DNA from: Lepidodermella squamata
Taxonomy: Eukaryota; Animalia; Gastrotricha
Direction of reading: 5' to 3'
DNA length: 64,000 bases
Assembly: GCA_047495785.1 (NCBI GenBank)
Contig: JBLDXI010000024.1
Coordinates: 124,001-188,000, forward strand
Shown: piece after piece, positions 48,029 to 61,882 of the stretch
How the letters are laid out: the number at the start of each line of letters is the position of its first letter
Position numbering within the stretch: the stretch's first letter is position 1
Program-made: the position numbers and the translations under genes
Notes under the pieces: generated by a model
The model's database searches: none
Told to the model about the DNA's origin: nothing
Seen by the model: the letters and a program-made list of their open reading frames with translations, nothing else

Positions 48029-50569
48029 TCAAACAATGGTCGGACTGCCGTAGCTGGCGTTTGGCGTATTTTCTGTCGCAGTGTAGCTCGTAGACGGCTC
48101 TTCGTCGCTCTTGGCTAGAAATTCGGTTTCAACTATAGGGCGGATGCGTGGGCGATGATGCTTGGGAGGCTCGGGTAATTCGCATACACAATCGCTATGG
48201 GTCGTCAACTCCGGTGTGGATCTGGACAGTGAGAAACGCTTCGAATTATTGAGCCCACATTTAGCGCCACGGTGCGGCACTGCTAACAACCCTATCCTTG
48301 GGGTATTGTTGACAAGAGCAAAGTCATCCGCCGTGCTTGTCGCGACGGAATTGACAGATCGCCGCGGTGAAGACTGGTCGAAGAAAAGCAGTGAAAGGCG
48401 TCGATTGAAATTGATGAATGGCTTGAAGATGACTGAAGACTTGCGCCGGCGTGACTTCTGCTGCGGCGATTTCTGCTGTGGCGATGGCGATCGGCGGAGG
48501 CTGTTGTTTATCGCTGTGATAGCCTCTTCAGTTACATAGCTGGTAAGCGGGACAAAAGAGGGTCGTTGAAGCGTGATAACCGGCGCTGTCTTTTTCGGTG
48601 ACACTGGTGGTATCATGTCAGCATTCGAGTTGTTTTGAGTAAGCCTGCCGTGGCTGCTTCGCTCGGCACTGGTTCTTTTCCAACCAGTTGTTTCATCACA
48701 GCTAGCTCGCTGGTTCGCCTGTGCATTCGCAATAAATCTGCCTGGCAGCCATTTCCTCATTTTCCACAAGAGAAATCGCCGTACCGCTCGCATTCTTATC
48801 GTGTAGACGATTGGGTCGATGAGAGGGTACAGCATTAACAGGGTGTTCAGAGCATTGTTCATTAACATGGTAAATAGGTAGCTATCGTTGGTCCTCATGT
48901 AACCGATTCGCATCAACACGACCATGCCAACTTCGAATAACACGAAAGGAACGCGGCACAGCAGAAACGCGCCCAGCAGAAGCAGGGTGGTCATAACCAG
49001 CTTATGCGCGTTCCAATCTTCTTCCACTCGAGCCCGAACCATGTGCCTCAGCGTTTGATAGTAGATCGGTATCAGGCCCAAAAAGACAATAACTGTCAGC
49101 CCAATGACGATGAGTTCGAACCTAAAATCGGAAATTTAAAAATTCCGCCTTAAAATATGTTAGTTTTATACCATAAAGTTTCGCTAGCGTAGTAGCTGCA
49201 CCAGCTGACGAGGTAAACTTCGTCGTTGTGAAGGAAGCGGTCAAAGTAAGCGGCGATGGTTTCACTGTCGTTCGAGATGAACAGTTTCATGAAGTGGGCA
49301 ACAGCAGCTTCGCTGTCCCACGAACCCGAGGCATTGCCCGATGAAAGACCTGCCAACAGTGTCTCATTGATTTCACGCGAGTCCGTCATCAGTTGGACAC
49401 CCTGGTCCGGGTAGTAGTCGGCTACATTGCCGCCCTGGGACAACCCGCTTGCATCAATAAACATAGGCTCAACAGGTTGGTTAAATCGTATGCGGCTAGT
49501 TGGTGTTGGCGAAAAAGGGAATGCAATCACAGCCTAGAAAAAATTTTGCTATTATATTTTGATGTGATTTAAGATGATCTCACCGTATCGTCACCATTTG
49601 AGGGTAGCATCATAGGATAGTCCTCGCTTGAGCTGCTTCGCATCAGTAGTAGCTTCGATAAACCACTGGCAGGTAAGTTCAACCGTTCGACATTGTCTGC
49701 TATCGGCATTAAGGTGGTCGGCGCTGTCGTCTCACGCCTGACGCTTTGAGGGGTTCGCATTAACAGAGCCATAATATCTGGCACATCAGCAGTATCAGAG
49801 GCGTAACGGCTCGGTGCATCTGGTATAACATCGTTTTTTCGAACGCTAGCGTCGTAAGCGAGAAATAGGATCAAAGTGTCGGCTAGGGCTGATAGCATAG
49901 AGACTAGCCAGACGGCGGCGACCGCTGCTTTGATGTGGCTAGATTTTCCCATGATTTGTTGGTAGCGAAGAGGATGCACGATTCCGATGTAGTGGTCCAC
50001 GGACATGCCGAATAGCGAGAATAGATTACTGAGCATGCTTGCGATGCTGAAATCCAATTCAAGGGTAGAACAATTTGATTGGAAAGCTAAACTAATTTAC
50101 TTTAAGCTTCGAAGGAAAGAACTTGCACATTTCTCGAGAACCATTGAATGTGTATGACTCGCAATAGCCTGTTGGGCGAAATTAAGCAGGCAGACAAAAG
50201 CTGTAAAAATGTTTGTAGCACTGAAAAATGGGAAAAATGAGGGCGTTATTTCAGGCGATTTTCTTCTACCAACCTAAGATTTATCAGGAACATTCGATAG
50301 CCATTCAAGTCGAGTTTGACTCGACGAATAGCGTAGATGAAAGCGAAATTGGCGACTATCGCAAGCAGGGCGATTATGCCGTCGATGATAATCCACATTC
50401 CTTTTGGGTTTTCGAATATAACGCTGTTCGGCGGCGGATGCGGAGATTGGTTCATGGACGGCAGTAACAGAGAATCTGAACCGTTAATGTTGGTCGAGTT
50501 GAACGCATCCGCCGAGGCTCGTTCTGCCGACGATAACCAATCGGTCGCAACCGCAGGCGTGCTGGTCAT
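48029..50569 (-). CDS. Class A (rhodopsin-like) GPCR, paralog A, multi-exon
   Basis: Seven TMs after splicing: AIVANF, FLINLSATN, SVDHYIGIVHPLRY, AVWLVS, WCSY, FLLCRVP, IDPIVYTIRM. Confidence 0.88.
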
Positions 50570-51530
50570 AACTTGTTAAACTCTCGAAAATTTAATCAAA
50601 TGAAGGCGATCAATCTCACACGTAGCCAACACCCCTCAGCACATTATTCATAGGCTGGCTTATTCATGAGAAATTCTATTATACCTACGCAAGTTATTTT
50701 TGATGGAAAAAGACAATTACTGAAGGATTTCTTTCGTTCCGGCCAGCAGTAAAATCGAAGGCGTCTGGGAAACGAGATCTCAGCCGCTGAAAACTGAAAA
50801 TAAAATACTCATCACGGCTGAGAGGCAAATAATTACATAAGGATAAATTAATGAAGAGCGAATGATACGCGGCGATCACGCAGTCGATTGATTTGAGTAA
50901 TCATCGATTGCAGCGGGTTGCTCGAAACCCGTTCCTCAAATAGGGTCATCAGGCACTAGAGCGCGGCGCCAGGCCGCTTCCGTTGACGTATTATAAATAA
51001 TGTGGAAAATCGAAAATCTAGACCGCCGCGCAACTTTCAGGTCATCGTTTAAAATGGCTGTGATTCAAAACGCCGATAACTCAATTTTTTGTCGCATTAT
51101 ACGGCATCATTATATATATACCCGATTTCAGAACGCTGAAGAAGAAGTTGAAATTGATGCATTCGTTAGCAATCATAAAAACGAAAATTATTCGTAAAGC
51201 TAGGCTTTTATCCATCTGAAAATAGCGATCCGCTGCATGGCACAGTTTTTCACATTCGAAGTGAAATTTTCATCACCGGCGTTCACTCTTCTATGTCAAG
51301 CTTGCATGAAAAAGACAAATTATTTTTAAATTCCGTTAAAATTTATTTTTACAAAATATTTTAAAGGTGTAAAATGTCCAAACATTATGATTGCAGTCCG
51401 GTATAAACAGAAAAAAAATGAAATATTTATAGACAAAATATGACTCTGAATAAGACTTGAAGTGTGTAACCAGCTTTTTGTCATGGAATAAAATGTATGA
51501 AAAAAAAATATATCGAATGATTATCACCAA

Positions 51531-54500
51531 TCAATGTGACTGGCCAAGTGACATGTGCAAGACCTTGGTTTCGAGTTCGAACAACTTTTTGGTATGCAAT
51601 GCCAACTTGCTCAAGATCAAGCTGTTGCTAACCGGATGTTGGCGCGACGTCACGCCGTTGTGGTTGCTATTGCTAATCACGCTAGGGGCCATGCAGGCGC
51701 AACTTCCAGGTCTACCATCGCTTTTACCGCAATCGCAAGCGCAGTCGTCGATAGCCGCGGACACCGATGGCTGAAACGCGGCGATAGGCTGGAAAAACGG
51801 CGCCGCGGTTGCCATGTCGCTCGCTGGCGCGTGTTTCAAAATCCGAAGCCTTCGAACCTTCATCAACAACCGATTGAACAAAGATCCGCGGCTATTTGAG
51901 CTGGTTTCTGCGGGGTTTTCAGGCAGAAACAGCGAGTCGCAGGGTATGAAAACTTCATTCAGACTTTCTCGACTCGAAAAACTCGCCGCAGATGAAGTTG
52001 CATGGCTTTCACTCGTAGGCGTGTCCTCCTTTCTGCCGGTTTGACTCTCGACCGCAGAGGCAGCTCGGGTTAAATAGCTGTGAAGCTTGGAGAAAAGTAA
52101 CTCAGGGTTAGTCTCATGACCTTCATCCCAACTTTGCGTGGTCGGCCGAGGGGAGTCCTGCCCGGATAGCTCGGTGACAATCGTCACAGTAGTCGTCGAT
52201 TGCGGAAAACCAACTGCTGGCTCTTCCGCCAAAACGCTGCCGATATCATCGAGGGTGTGAAAATGGGTCAACGGAATCGCAGATTCCTTGTCATGGTTTT
52301 TAATATAGCTCGCTTTGCCGCTGCCATGCGATGCAATGGTGCGCCGGAAACCGTTTGCTGTAGTCGACTCGCGAAAAGACGAGTTGCGCCCGTCGTTGAT
52401 CCAGGCGCGATGGTGCGTGTAGTGCTGTTTGTTTGAATTGTTGACTCCTAGTGAAAGCCGGCGGTGTTGCATCATGCGGGTGAGGAAAGGAACCTGACTG
52501 CCATTCGAGTCGATGCTGTTAGCAGCTGATAGTTTCATAGGAAAAGACCGGTTAAACGGCAGCCACCGCGATAGCCCCGAAGTTGTTGTCGACGTGGTTG
52601 AGAGCAGCCGACCGTGCTGGGTAGTTGCAACAGCGCCGCCCATACCCGAAGGGCCACTGATGCTGCCGCGAGCCAGGGCGTACGTGAAGGTGGAGAACCG
52701 CTTAGCGACTGTCGAGTCGGGAATTTCGCCGTCCCAGCAATACCACGCCACGGACGGACAGCATTTACCGTATCGCCAAGCCAGGTATCGCTGCACAGCC
52801 CTCATTCTAAAAACACAAAGAAATTTTCAAAAAAACCTTGAAAAAAGCTAGGTGGCAGTATAATTCAGAATAAAGATAAGGAAAATTACTGCTAACAAGT
52901 GAAAAGTGGGGACTTGGCGTATTTTCTGTATTTTTCCAACAACGTGCAAAAGTGTGTTGACTTGGAGAGGGACGATTTTTGGATTCTTAAATGTTCTTAC
53001 TCAGTTTTTCTTTAGGATTTTGAATTTTCAAATTCAGACCAATCCACATTAAAAGACGTCAGACCCCAAAGTTTCGCCGAAATGGCTCATCAAGTTAGGT
53101 TGAAGTGGAAGCACTAGCTTGATTTGAAATTTTTTGAATATCTAGCATGATTCCTCTATTCAAGATAAATTTTGAGTGCGCGCGAGAAAATATTAGGAAT
53201 TTATTGCGCGAAAAATTATTAATTGATACAATAATAAAACTAAATTTTTAAGCGGGCATTTTTTGAAATTAGCAATTTTCACCCGTAAAATTCGAAGCCC
53301 ATTTTCTCTGTAACTACGATGACTATCAACCTCTTTTTGATTTCGTCCGACTCCTTGTTCATTGATCTTGAAAGCGGCATCAAAAACTCACGAAGGCGAA
53401 AATTTTGCCGAAACCCACTTTTCACTCGTTAACAGCCTTTGGGTCTGAATATTTGTAAATTGAATCGTCATTGAACTACATTGAACTTCCGATTCTTTCC
53501 TTTTTCTTAGCCGATACTGATGACCCCACGACTCAAGGAATTTATCATTTTAGATCTGGTATAGGCATGATAATTAAATTTTCAAGATTCTGGGGAAGCC
53601 CAGACATCCATATATTGGAAAACTGAGGAACCCTAAATTAGCGCGTCACCTTGGCACACTCGCTGTCTGTTGCCAATTGAGTTGATTTGATAATGAGTCT
53701 AATTTTTATCCAACAATTTGAAACTGTCACTTTGCCACGCATTAAATTATCCAAAATGTCAGAGTGTACAGATTTTACCTAAAAGCGGACATTAGGACCG
53801 CTCAAATTTGAGATATATATCTATCGCCTGGACGTGATTATAGCAAGAAGTAAAAAACCTTAATACCTTATGGTGTAGATTATGGGATCGAGAAGCGGGA
53901 AAAACATAAGCATGCTGTTTAGAACATTATTGACGTCCATCATCCGCAAATGGCTGCCGTTGGTTCGCATGTAACCGAGGCGCATCAGCACAACCATGAG
54001 AACTTCGAACAAAACGAAGGGCACACGGCATAGCAGGAAGGCGCCGAGTAGCAGCAAAGTTGTCACTATCAACTTGCGCGTATTGACGCCGCGAGTATCG
54101 CTGCGCATGCGCACGACTTGGCGCAGCACGCGGCAGTAGATCGGGATCAAAATTAGGAAAGTCAGTACGGTCAGGCCGATGACGAACAACTCGAACCACA
54201 GCTTTTCAGCTGCATGGTACGAGCACCAGCCGAGCATGTGCGGCTCAGAGTCTTTCTTGATGATTTTCTTGATGAAATCCTCCAAGATGGATGAATCATT
54301 CGGCAGGACGCTGCAAAAATATAATGATCATTATTAATCAAATTAGGCCGAACGTGGTGTTCAAAAACAAAAATAGACTACAAAGAAAATGATCACCCAT
54401 AAAGCAAGAGAAAGGTCAAGCTTTTTAACAGAAAAAAGTCTTATTTTTTTCGGAAGTTGACAAGCGATGGCAGCGAGCAAAACGCGAAATAAAATGTTTA

Positions 54501-56348
54501 AACCTTTGCGTGAAATTCTTAGTCAACGTCTTATTTAAAGGTTGTGCTTTTCGCTTGCGAATGCTCGAAAAATTATAAAAATTACAGAACTCTGCGATTT
54601 ATTCGTAATTGTATGACTTACTAATTCATGATCTCCTCAACCGGGTCAAAGTATTGCAGATCGTCCTCGTTATTCGGCGCGTAATCGCCGGTGCTGACCC
54701 CAGGGACGTCGGGGAAAGTGACGTGGGTTGACTCGGTGCTACCGCCCTTGAAGGTACCTGCGAACGGCGTGGGTCGAACATCCTCTAGCGAAGTCGGGTA
54801 GTCGCTCTCGTTGAGTATGTCCAGCACGGACATGACGCGATCTTTCAACATATAGCCAGGGCTAACAGTTGTGTTCACCCTCGGCAATGTTGTATCGGTG
54901 AAGTCGTAGACAGGAGCGGCAACAGTCGATTCAGTAGCGCCATATCTATCGTAGATAGAGGCGCCGACAGTTGATTCAGTTACGTCATGCATGTAATCCG
55001 TATAATCGCCCAGAAATTCTGACCCATTCCAGCGTCCCAAAGCGTCCCACAGTGCCGGCGTTGGCGACGGCGAGGCTATGAGCGAGGACGCTGGTGTCGA
55101 CGGGGAAAGACTCAATAAGCCTAAGGAAGATGTTGCAGCCGATGTGGTTGCGATATGGCGCATATTTGATAGAATCCCGCCGCCTCTTTCGTTGAAATTC
55201 CAATCATGACCGAAGTAATAGAAACCGAATAGAATGAGACTGTCGACAAGGGCAGACAGCAGCGAAACCAGCCAAATCATGAAAATTGCCAAATTGACCA
55301 CGCGAGCATTTCCCATGATTTGCTGATATCGAAGTGGGTAGAACACGCCGATATAATGGTCCACAGACATTCCAAACAAACTGAGAAGGTTACTCAAAAG
55401 ACCGGCAATACTTGAAATTTAAAAAAAATTTGAAATTTTAAAATAAGATGTCCCAAAAATTACTTTAAGCTTCGCAAGAAATTTGTCCCACACTTTTGAA
55501 TGAGCAATGACTGTGTAGCGTTCGAAAGTACTTGATGTGAAAAGTTGGCGAGGCAAATCAAAGCCGTGAAGATATCGGTAACGCTAAGATTTATCAGGAA
55601 ATATCTGTAGCCCTTGAGATCCAGCTTAATATTGCGAATAGCGCCGATAAATATTAAATTAGCTAAGATAGCCAGCAGTGAAATAATGACATCAGCTAGA
55701 ATCCAGGCTCCTTTCGGGCTCTCGAAGAAGAACGCGCCATCTGTTCGAGGCGTAGCTAGAGCTGTTTGGATAGCTTCGAGCGCGCGATCGGCCATTTGCG
55801 GATTTTTGCCCGACCCGCGTCGTCCGGGCATGGTGTATAGCGACGGGATTGTGACAAAAGTCGAATTACCAACGCCTGGCATCATCTGGCGCATCATATA
55901 CTGCATGACAATGGCCCGGGAAATATTTTCAACCTCGGCCAATTCGCTGTTGGAAATGCGAAAATCGTGGCGCATGACGTCACTTCGAGAGAAAACCATG
56001 TCTGAGCTGTTGCTTGCCAAACGTGTGAGATGCTATATGTCGAAAAATTATTATATTAGAAACGTTACGCCTACAACTCGCATGTATAGCTATGCTAATT
56101 TACGATAAGTATATGTAGTAGTCAAAAATAGCCCCGCTCACCTCTTGATCCCCAGCATCTGCCGCAGTGTCATCTGAGGAATTGTTTCTTTGCGTGATGT
56201 TCCTTTCATCGTAGATAAGTAGCCGGGGCGATGTCGTGATGTTCTCGGCTTCTTCGTCTATAAACATCGGCTGAGTAGTCGGACCTATCGATTGCTGATG
56301 CGCCAACCTCAGCATAGCAAGGAGGCAGAGAAATATCGAAAAGATCAT
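51531..56348 (-). CDS. Class A GPCR, paralog B, with signal peptide and long C-tail, multi-exon
   Basis: Signal-like MIFSIFLCLLAMLRLA; FLINLSVTD, SVDHYIGVFYPLRY, WCSY, FLLCRVP, LDPIIYTIR|MRAV. Confidence 0.88.
52889..53435. mobile_element. MITE-like insertion in the large last intron of GPCR B
   Basis: Imperfect ~29-bp TIRs ctgctaacaagtgaaaagtggggacttggc / gccgaaacccacttttcactcgttaacag; second partial copy at ~315-420. Confidence 0.65.
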
Positions 56349-57849
56349 TTCCTATAATCTAATCATGAAGAAAGTGTTACTAATAGCGGACTAACTAAAC
56401 ATAGGATTGCCAATTTAAAATTTCTGAAGTTGAAATATCACCTGCGAGGCGAGATAAAAATAAATATAAGGTGGATGCGCGTGACTTTTCAACTTTGTAC
56501 AAAAAATTTGTTCCACGACCACGTTATCGAATCTATTACGCAAAATTGGATTGATTTCGGCGTTGGGCAGGGTCGACTGCGCAAAAATTTGCGTTAACTA
56601 TTTTAAATAGTAGTCAAAATATAGCGTAAACACGCCGTGCTTCAATAGAAAAAACGTTAGCTTGAAAACTGAGGCGCGAGGGAATAACCCGCGTGTTTTT
56701 TGGTCACATGAATAAGTAAAAGTGCGAAAGTTGCCATACGCTAAAGCAAATAGTTCTATATACTTCATATAGTGTTATTTTTTAATAAATTTAAACGATA
56801 TATAGGATTTTCAGCTAGAGACGGTAAATAAATGAGCGAGAGTTTTTTTCTACATAGACTAAGTATTAGGAAGGGAGTAGTAGTAGTAGTAGTACATACA
56901 GGTGAAAGCTTTTAGGGAAGTTGTGGCGGCTAAAAAACGCGACTAAACACGCGCAGCAGGTGTTGTTTGCAATAGCAGTGATGGATGTCCGCATTAAAAC
57001 GTGCCTTTGTACGAATCACGGCGAGGGATTCAGCGACAACTGACAACAAACTGCGGCTATTTTTAAACGCAGTCGATGATATGATCGATGAGGATTCGCA
57101 TTATCACGTCTAGCCTGAGAGCAGTTGACAAATTGCCCTATATTTCGAAACGGCTATCACTTTTTATGCCCACTTTAGCGTTTTAGCAGAACGATCATTA
57201 CGTGAATCTTGAGCGAATTGAAACGCATGACTGATCGTCGTGTGTTTCATAGAAACTGTGAAATCTCATTAAAAATGTCGATAATATAAGAAAAAATCAT
57301 AACTGCCAGCAATAACCTACACTCCGCTTTTGGACTTATCCAGCTCAATTATGAGGAAATGCAACGAATCCTGAATCTTAGGGGTAGGTGGGTTTAGCAA
57401 GATTTTATAAAAATAATTGGATTTTCATAAAACGAGTTCGCAAATAAAAATCCCGATGAATAAGGAAAACCTTTTTAATGGAAACTTATGATAGGATTAA
57501 ATAGTCGTCAGTTCACCCCCCAAACGCCCCTCACAGTCTAAAATTGTAACAAAGAATCTTGAAACTTAGGAGTTTGCACTCGACTTCCGATCAACTGCGA
57601 AATTAAAAAAAATCCAGGTGTTGAACTCAGCAGTCCGGCATCCGGCTTGGTGGCAGAGTTGACTCCCGTCCAAACCTGAAACACAAAGTAACATGAACCA
57701 GTTACTTTGCAGAGAAGAGAATGTTCTTAAGCTGGATCACATCACTCAAAAAATTTTATTCATCGAAGAGGAGCCAACATTCATCTTTCCATACAAAAAT
57801 AGCTCGCGGAAATAAGAGCTCGTTTTACTATTACAACACAAGTTCAAAA

Positions 57850-60800
57850 TTATAGTGCACTCTCTTCAACGTCTGTTCCTCCTGGATGCATTTTCGTTTC
57901 TATCGGCAAATCACAGCCGTTCAACGCAAACAGCAAGCGCGTGTGATTTTCGACTTTGCTTAAAATATAACTAGCTGAGATCGACGATTTTCGCAGGTTA
58001 TCTCTCGCGCCCGGGTTCAGTAACAGGGCGGAGGGAGGCAAGCCTTGCGCTGAAAACTCGCTGCTGCACAGCGACAGAGAACTATCGTCCTCGCACTGGT
58101 GAATACCAGCCTGGTAGCCTCGCCGGGGCAGAAATTCCGGCGCCTCCATTTCGTCGACGGACGACCATGACAGCGAGATTTTTTTGAGGAAACGCCACTG
58201 AGACGAGTCACCGGGCGGGTTCGCGCCCAAAACAAATCCGCTGTTGCTTCGCCGGCTGTTGACGTCGATGGTCGGGCTGAAAATCGACGCGTCAAACTGC
58301 TCGAGCGGGCTCTTGCGGTGCGCTGTTGGCGGCGGCGGGTACTGCCGCTCGACCGGGCCCGGTTCGAACCAGTTATTCTGCAAATCTAGCAGCCGCTTCT
58401 CAACAGGACTCCGCCATGAGAAGTCTTCAAACGAAATGCGTCTAGCTGAACTTCGCCGGGACGATGACGCGCTCACCATGGGCGTTGAGGGCCGGTGGTT
58501 CGCGCTCATTTCCGACGAAGTTATGAGCGATAGGCCAAGGCCTGAGTCTTGCACGTGAATACTGCCGTTCCTTCGCACTTTGTAAGCAAACCCGTTCGAC
58601 ATATCTGGCACTGTGTCATTCTCGTTTTCGCCATTGGCCGAGTTCAGCAACGGGAAATTATCCGCCGTGAGATTTCGGGTGTCGCGTCGCCCGCAAAGGG
58701 GTGATCTAGTGGTGCTGGGTCGGAAGGGCGCGAAAAACTGGCTATCGTTCGGGGTTCGACCTTGCAGATCTGAAGGTTGCGATGTGGAGAAATTGGTCGT
58801 CCCCAAGGCAGGATAGGAGGCCGGCATGCGCTTGCAGCACCGCAGAACCCGGTTGTAGACCTTCCGCAACCGACTTCGCACTACTCTCAAACGAAAAGCG
58901 TAAATCTGCAAAAAAAAACAGCGATTGAAAACCGAAAAAAACAGCATTCAAAAATTACCACAGGGTCGAGTAAAGGATGTAGGATTAAGGTGGTATTAAG
59001 CACCTTGTTTACAATCATGAGCCTTTGATGGGTGTCAACTTTCAATAGCTGAATTTGATCCGTGCGAATAAGCAGCACCATAACCTTGAAATTTCAGACA
59101 GGCATAGAACATTTTGTGAAAAGCTATTGATTTAACGAACCGCTTCAAAAGTGATAAATGGAATCCAACAGAAGAAAAATGCACCGAGTAGAATGACAGT
59201 AGTCACGACCAGTTTTCCTGTTTTGTGAGACAGGCCCTTTTCGTCGCGTTTCGACCAAACCTCTCGGAATATTCGCCCGTAAATCATGAGAAGACCGATA
59301 AAAACTAGCAGGGTCAAAAAAACTGAGCGAAAAAGAGAAAATTCACACCTGGGTACAAAATAATGACCGGGCCTATCTTACCAACAGCAAATTCCATCAA
59401 TTGCTTGTTAAGGCTATAATAAGAGCACCAATCCATGAAGCGACTGCCATCCTACTCGAAAAAAGACTGAAATAACACATGAAACTTTTTGGCTAGAATT
59501 TACCGTGTCCGCATCGAAATCTTGACTAGGCATCAAAGGATCAAGTAAAGAATCACTATCAGGCCCGGAATTTCTGAAAAATTTATTTTGAAAAAATTTA
59601 AATTTATTTTGAATTGTTGAACGAACAATTTTTCCGCGATTTGAGATGAATTTAGATTGCCAGTCGCGTAACCATTGAGAATTTCCTCCATTTCCTTGAG
59701 TAATTTTCCACCGCTGCTATCTTTCTCTTTAGAAGAACTAGAACTATCGACATCGGGCGCTAGACTGGTCGGCTCTTCCATGGGCACCGCTGTCGAAATG
59801 ATCAGCTCCGGCGGGACGACGAAAATTTTGTCATCCGTGAACGCGTCCAAATTGTCCCACTCTAGCTGCTGGCTCGCATTGCCACCAGCCGCCGCAGGTG
59901 ACCCGAACAAAATGTCGAATAAAAGTTTATTAAGGTGGTTATCCACCTTGAGCGAGCCGTTCAACGCCGGGCCGCCCGACGTTGGGCTGCCCCACAGCGG
60001 AACGGGCGATCGAGTTTGCGTTGGCATAGCCGAAAAGTGAGCAATCGTGATGAAGAGATCGAAAAAGCCGAAAATGATAGATAGCAGCCAAGAAAGCGCA
60101 ACTGTAACCCAGATGACTTTCGTGGTCATGAACTGGTGGTAGCGCAGCGAGTAGAACACGCCGATGTAGTGGTCCACGGACATGCCGGCGAGGTTCAACA
60201 GCGCCGACATGTAGGCGGCAATCGTGAACGAGCGCACTATAGTTCGGCCGCACCGGTCGATGAACGCGCTCGACTGCGTGTTGGGCAGAAATTCGGCGAT
60301 CGGCGTGAACAGCGTCGTCGTGCCGATGAGCAGATCGGCGAAGGCCAGCGACAGCAAGAAGCCGCGGTAGCCTTCCAGCATCGACTGCGAATGGGCGCGC
60401 TTCACGGCGTACAGCACGAAGATGTTGAAGAAGATGGCCATGAGCGCCACGGCAAAGTCGATGATCAAAAGCTGAAACAATTTTCAAGTAACTATTACCA
60501 AGTGTTATCGTTATATACTTACCGACTTGTTGATGATTTCCTCCATGCGAAATAGAGATCGGCCATCAATGGAAACGTTCGACGAAGCGGTGGCGACTAT
60601 TGCTGTAATGTAAGGCAAAGGCAAATCGATAATTACGCTTGGCGGCGACTCATCATCACAACTCCAGAATAACAAAAATTAGACAAATGGCGCGGGCTCT
60701 CAAAGGATCGATCAAGACCAAAGCCCTGGAAAATACTGCCGTCCTCCAATCAAATTTAAAATTCAATTACAATTTCATCCACGGCATAGTGTTGTTGAAA

Positions 60801-61076
60801 GCGAGAAATAATAATTTCTTCTTCATCATCTAGAAGGTGCATTATTCAACACTATACAATTATTATGCTTAAATCGAATCGTAATGCGACCGTTTAAAAG
60901 ATAGCGGAAACCCTACCCACAAATAAATCGATTTTTCGCAATTTCGAGAAATGCAATCTCGACGCTTACTTACCGCTGATAGTTGTAATTGTGGAGAGTG
61001 CCAATGGAGAAGCTACAAGCGCGTTTGCGCCGGCAATCGAAGACTCGTTCAGTACCAGCCGGTCCATCATCATCAT
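57850..61076 (-). CDS. Class A GPCR, paralog C, multi-exon (first exon 61076-60974 inferred)
   Basis: AIFFNIFV, LSLAFADLL, SVDHYIGVFYSLRY, WCSY, FFFCWIP, LDPV|IYAFRL; first exon MMMMDRLVLNESS... joins in phase 1. Confidence 0.85.
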
Positions 61077-61882
61077 TATCAGCAGCAGCAGCAGCAGCAG
61101 CAATCCTACGGACCAGCGCAGAAAAAATTATCCGTGATCACGCGACGCAAAGACATCACTCGCTATGCATTTTTTCACTCGGCGGAGTCATCAGTGAATT
61201 AGGTAGTATACCTTCAACGAAAAAAATATAACATCGAGTATTATAAAGCACAGTTGAATGGCTTCAGTGAAATAGGGTGATAGGATAGGAGGTTCGGTTA
61301 GCAATGAAGTGAGCGAAGACATATCAAGTTACAACTGCTGCGATAGCAACAGAGCGACAAATGAGCCATTACTCACAGCCCTGGGAGTGTAAGCTGCAAG
61401 TACAATACAAGCCAGCATGTGTGGCTGTTGACTTGGCTTGGAAAATGCCGTCTCGTTAGCTTCCACGAGTGTAGCGTTAGTGAGCAGTTTTATTGCTAAA
61501 TACAAATATAGCGACATGAAGTATGAAGTTTTCTGCGGACGGTGCGAATGCGTTGTTAATTTTGTATTAATAAAATCGCCACAGTAGAGTTATCAAGCAA
61601 AATCGTGGATTTACTCTCACCGACGTAATGCATCAACAAAGTACTTGTTATATTCTCAACTCCACTCACTTAGAATCGAACATGACAGCTTTGTTATACA
61701 AGAGGATGTACGCCGGGTAGAAATCTCGTAATTGACATTTGAAATCCAAACATCTTTTCCGTAATTCGAATCGATAATCATTATGAAACAGAATAGCGCA
61801 AAACACAATTCGGGTGGTTTCCAGCCTTTATTTTGTTATAAGCAGCCACAACAATTTTTTTTGCACACTAAAGCTAGCACAT

